The notes under the pieces were generated by a model. It saw only the letters and a program-made list of their open reading frames with translations, was not told where the DNA came from and did not search any database. Shown piece by piece: positions 61,031 to 64,000 of a stretch of 64,000 nucleotides of DNA. This DNA is from an uncultured Solirubrobacteraceae bacterium (lineage in GTDB: Bacteria; Actinomycetota; Thermoleophilia; Solirubrobacterales; Solirubrobacteraceae): positions 273,288 through 337,287 of the forward strand of contig CAVUCP010000005.1 of NCBI GenBank assembly GCA_963740075.1. The letters run 5' to 3'. Each line of letters begins with the position of its first letter. Position 1 is the first letter of the stretch. The translations under genes were made by a program, and so were the position numbers.

Positions 61031-61801
61031 CTAGTCGCCGCGCGGCGTCCATTGGAATCTGCGCGCCGCGACTAATAGGCCGGCGATGCCCCATGCGGCG
61101 AGCACGAGCAGGTGGCTGAGCGCGAGTCCAGAGCCCGTGGTTTGAATGAATGCGCCGCGAAGTGACTGTGCGAGTGGTCGGATCGGGAACACGGCGGCGA
61201 TCGCGCGCAGGCCTCTCGGGATCTGGCTTTCGGGTACGAACACTCCGGAGATGAAATACAGCGGCAGGACGAGCAGGTTGATGACCGGAGCAGCGGCTTC
61301 CGCTGTGGAGATGCGCGTAGTGACTGCGAAGGCAATGCACGAGAACGCAGCGGCTCCGACGACGATCGAGACAACTAGTCCTGGCAGCGTCGAGTGGGGA
61401 ATCGGCACGTTGTAGAGGAGCCGCCCGATCAGCAGCAGCAGGGCTGACATCGCGATCGCAACCACCACGCCGACGGCGGCGCGGCTGCAGATCACCAGGC
61501 TTGCGGGGAGCGGCGTGCCTCGCAGGCGCTTGAACTCGCCGTTCTCGCGTTGGGTGACGATCGCCTGGCTGAGGTATACAAACGATGCGGAGATGATGCC
61601 GAGCGCCATGATCCCGGGCACATAGAACGTCGTTACCTTGATCAGGCGGCCGTCGACGAGCGTCGAGCCTTTGAAGATCGTTGCGAAGATGACGAGGAAG
61701 ACGATCGGCATGAGCCCCGTGAAATAACGTGATTGCGGGTTTCGCCAGAACCGCGCGATATCCGAGCGGAACTGGTGAAGCAGCAGCCGCGAGTAGCTCA
61801 T
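61031..61801 (-). CDS. ABC-2 type exporter permease
   Basis: FWRNP, YVPGI, RENGEFKRLRGTPLP, PLYFISGVF, RRFQW. Confidence 0.88.
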   Translation of the reverse strand: MSYSRLLLHQFRSDIARFWRNPQSRYFTGLMPIVFLVIFATIFKGSTLVDGRLIKVTTFYVPGIMALGIISASFVYLSQAIVTQRENGEFKRLRGTPLPASLVICSRAAVGVVVAIAMSALLLLIGRLLYNVPIPHSTLPGLVVSIVVGAAAFSCIAFAVTTRISTAEAAAPVINLLVLPLYFISGVFVPESQIPRGLRAIAAVFPIRPLAQSLRGAFIQTTGSGLALSHLLVLAAWGIAGLLVAARRFQWTPRGD

Positions 61802-62748
61802 TTGGGGTTCTCCTGCCCGTCGGTGAGGCGCAGGTAGATGTCCTCGAGGGTTGGGCGACCGACGGTCAGGTCGGCGAGAGGGCTGTCGTGCTCGAGCGCC
61901 CAGCCGGATATGACATGCAGCGAATTCGCCGGGTCGCGCGTCCTGACGTGGATGCGGCCGTCGCCACCCAACTGCGCTTCTGCTGCCAGACCACCGGGAA
62001 GATCGCCCGGCGCGGTCCCGGCCGGGAGAGTGAAGGCGATGTCGCTGAGCTCTCGATCTCGGCCTCCGAGGGTCTCGGGTGTTCCCTGCGCGACGATCTC
62101 GCCCGCAACGATCACGGCCACGTGGTCGGCCAAGGTCTGCGCCTCGTCCATGTAGTGGGTGGTCAGGAATATCGTCTTGCCGAGCTCGCGAAGGTTCGAG
62201 ATCACGTCCCAGGCGTGGTGGCGGGCCGAAGGGTCAAAGCCCGTGGTCGGCTCGTCCAGGAACACCAGATCCGGGTCGCCGATCAATGCAAGCGCGACGT
62301 CCAGGCGCCGCAGCTGCCCTCCCGAGAGCTGCCCGGTGCGGGCGTCGCTCTTGTCCGCGAGGCCTACCAGATCGATCGTCTGAGCCGACGGGCGCGGCCG
62401 CGGGTAGTAGCCGGCGTAGAGCTCGACGAGCTCGCGGACCGTGAGCTCAGCGGGCATCGTGCAGGACTGCAGGACCAGACCTATCCGCGAACGCCACTGA
62501 CCGCCGGCTGAGGCGGGATCCTCCCCCAGAACGCTCACGGCACCTGCGTCACGTGGCCGGTACCCCTCGAGGATCTCAACGGTCGTGGTCTTCCCCGCGC
62601 CGTTGGGCCCGAGGAACGCGAACACCTCGCCGCGTTTTACGTCGAGGTCGATCCCGCGAACCACCTCGTGCTCGCCGTAGGCCTTGCGCAGCCCCCTGAC
62701 GTCGATGACCGGTAGGTCAGAACCCTCGTCGGTGGCGGTGGCGGTCAT
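61798..62748 (-). CDS. ABC exporter ATP-binding protein
   Basis: GPNGAGKTT, LSGGQLRRL, LDEPTTGFDP, TTHYMDEA, TLEDIYL. Confidence 0.93.
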   Translation of the reverse strand: MTATATDEGSDLPVIDVRGLRKAYGEHEVVRGIDLDVKRGEVFAFLGPNGAGKTTTVEILEGYRPRDAGAVSVLGEDPASAGGQWRSRIGLVLQSCTMPAELTVRELVELYAGYYPRPRPSAQTIDLVGLADKSDARTGQLSGGQLRRLDVALALIGDPDLVFLDEPTTGFDPSARHHAWDVISNLRELGKTIFLTTHYMDEAQTLADHVAVIVAGEIVAQGTPETLGGRDRELSDIAFTLPAGTAPGDLPGGLAAEAQLGGDGRIHVRTRDPANSLHVISGWALEHDSPLADLTVGRPTLEDIYLRLTDGQENPK

Positions 62749-62972
62749 GAGATTGGCGAATCGGAGCTAAGCCCGACCTGACGGGAACCCGATTCCCGGC
62801 CGCCGGATCCTGGAGAAGCCAATCTTTGCACGAACCCCCAACCAGATTGTGTGCCGGCACGGACCACAGTGGTGGTCTGCTGCAACCGAGGCGTCGTAAC
62901 CCAGTTCGACGTTTCAGCTTCGTCGCACCGAGCAAACGCTCGATTGGCTGCTCGCCGGCGCTCCGTGTTGCG

Positions 62973-64000
62973 CTAGCGCCCGGCGGCGCTCAGCACCGTC
63001 GTCTCGCGGCCGCCATCCGCCGCCACGTACGGGCAGCTCGGGTCCGAGGCGAACACGTCGCCGGTCATCGCATAGGCGCGCGCCCGGCTGCCACCGCAAA
63101 CCTCGCGGAACTCGCATTCCCCGCATTTTCCCTTCAGCTTCTCGGGGTCGCGAAGGTCGCGGAACAGCTGCGCCTCGCGGTAGATCGTTACCGGGTCCTC
63201 CTGCCGGACGTTGCCGGCGGCAAGGGGGAGGAAGCCCGAGGGCATCACCTCGCCTCGATGGGACACGAACATGAACCCGCGGGCGTCGTTCACTCCCTTC
63301 GGGGGTCGTTCCAGGCCGTCGCCGAAGTGGTAGCCGGCGCCGGGCATCGCTCCCCCGTTCTGCAGGGCTATGCGCCGATACTGAGGCGCCGCGGTCGCCT
63401 TGATGTCATAGGGCGCGGTCAGGGTGAGCTCGTTGAGCCACTCCAGAACGCGCTCGTGGCCGTCCGCATCGAGCATCTCCAGTGCCTTTCCGCGACCGGT
63501 CGGCACGAGGAAGAACACGGACCACTGGACGATGCCCCACTCGCCGAGCATCACGGCCATGCGCTCAAGCTGGTCCACGTTCTGCGCGCAGACGGTCGTG
63601 TTGATCTGAAGCGGCAGCCCCTCGGCGGCGGCGTTCTCCATGCCGGACCGGGTGCGTGCGAACGACCCTTCGAAGCCGCGGAAGGCGTCGTGCACCTCGG
63701 GATCGCACGCGTCGACGCTGAAGGCCACCCGGCGTATTCCGGCCTCTGCCGCCTGCGCCATGCGGGCGCGCGTGGGAAGCGCAGTGGCGGTCGGGGTGAG
63801 CGCGACGCGCAGACCGCGCTCGGTTGCGTGGCCGGCGAGCTCGAACAGGTCGCGGCGCATCAGGGGGTCGCCGCCGGTGAGCACCAGGATCGGCCTGGTC
63901 CCGAAGCCGGCGAGCTGATCGATCAGCCGCATGCCTTCGTCGGTGTCGAGCTCGAGCGGATTGCGGCGCGGCTGCGCCTCGGCACGGCAGTGCTTGCACG
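62973..64000 (-). CDS. Radical SAM/SPASM protein (NirJ/Ahb-like, TIGR04053-like); 5' end outside window
   Basis: Window edge reads ACKHCRAEA (end of CxxxCxxC); LTGGDPL, HDAFRG, QINTT, KCGECEFREVCGGSRARA...DPSC. Confidence 0.85.
   Translation of the reverse strand, partial: CKHCRAEAQPRRNPLELDTDEGMRLIDQLAGFGTRPILVLTGGDPLMRRDLFELAGHATERGLRVALTPTATALPTRARMAQAAEAGIRRVAFSVDACDPEVHDAFRGFEGSFARTRSGMENAAAEGLPLQINTTVCAQNVDQLERMAVMLGEWGIVQWSVFFLVPTGRGKALEMLDADGHERVLEWLNELTLTAPYDIKATAAPQYRRIALQNGGAMPGAGYHFGDGLERPPKGVNDARGFMFVSHRGEVMPSGFLPLAAGNVRQEDPVTIYREAQLFRDLRDPEKLKGKCGECEFREVCGGSRARAYAMTGDVFASDPSCPYVAADGGRETTVLSAAGR

Noticed and set aside
62760-62800. Resemblance to c-di-AMP (ydaO) riboswitch fragments (cccgtcag, agctaa; also cgaatcct near 21890)
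   Set aside because: Only short pieces, not in the right order or strand; left as unassigned structured leaders.

Overview
High-GC actinobacterial chromosomal segment. Gene content (KGD-type 2-oxoglutarate enzyme, NucS, MprAB-like pair, Cys-repeat secreted proteins) suggests Thermoleophilia/Solirubrobacterales; this is inference. About 58 CDS or CDS fragments; no rRNA, tRNA, CRISPR array, transposase or integrase was recognised. 0-18 kb is mostly housekeeping: a fused lipoyl-lipoyl-PSBD-E2-E1 2-oxoglutarate dehydrogenase, crotonase, nucS, tatA, ettA, M42 peptidase, acnA and a GGDEF protein. 18-30 kb holds a large four-repeat secreted protein, an OmpR/HAMP two-component pair with a GT-C glycosyltransferase, an ABC-2 exporter and tandem peptidase E paralogues. 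30-64 kb is accessory: a candidate R-S-ExE ADP-ribosyltransferase, alkyl sulfatase, a DUF2252/amidotransferase/glutamate decarboxylase cluster, two MarR modules with visible operators, an MshEN-GT2 glycan synthase neighbourhood, an orphan FtsX permease with a remnant of its ATPase, secreted proteins and a partial radical SAM enzyme. Many single-base indels between about 25.7 and 37.5 kb are probably sequencing or assembly errors. Top leads: (1) a J-domain + Tudor/SH3-like (PcrA-CTD-like) + TPR protein divergent from ettA; (2) the cytoplasmic ART-fold protein; (3) the self-contained lipoylated KGD fusion; (4) the MshEN-GT2 glycan locus with an atypical receiver; (5) two structured non-coding leaders.
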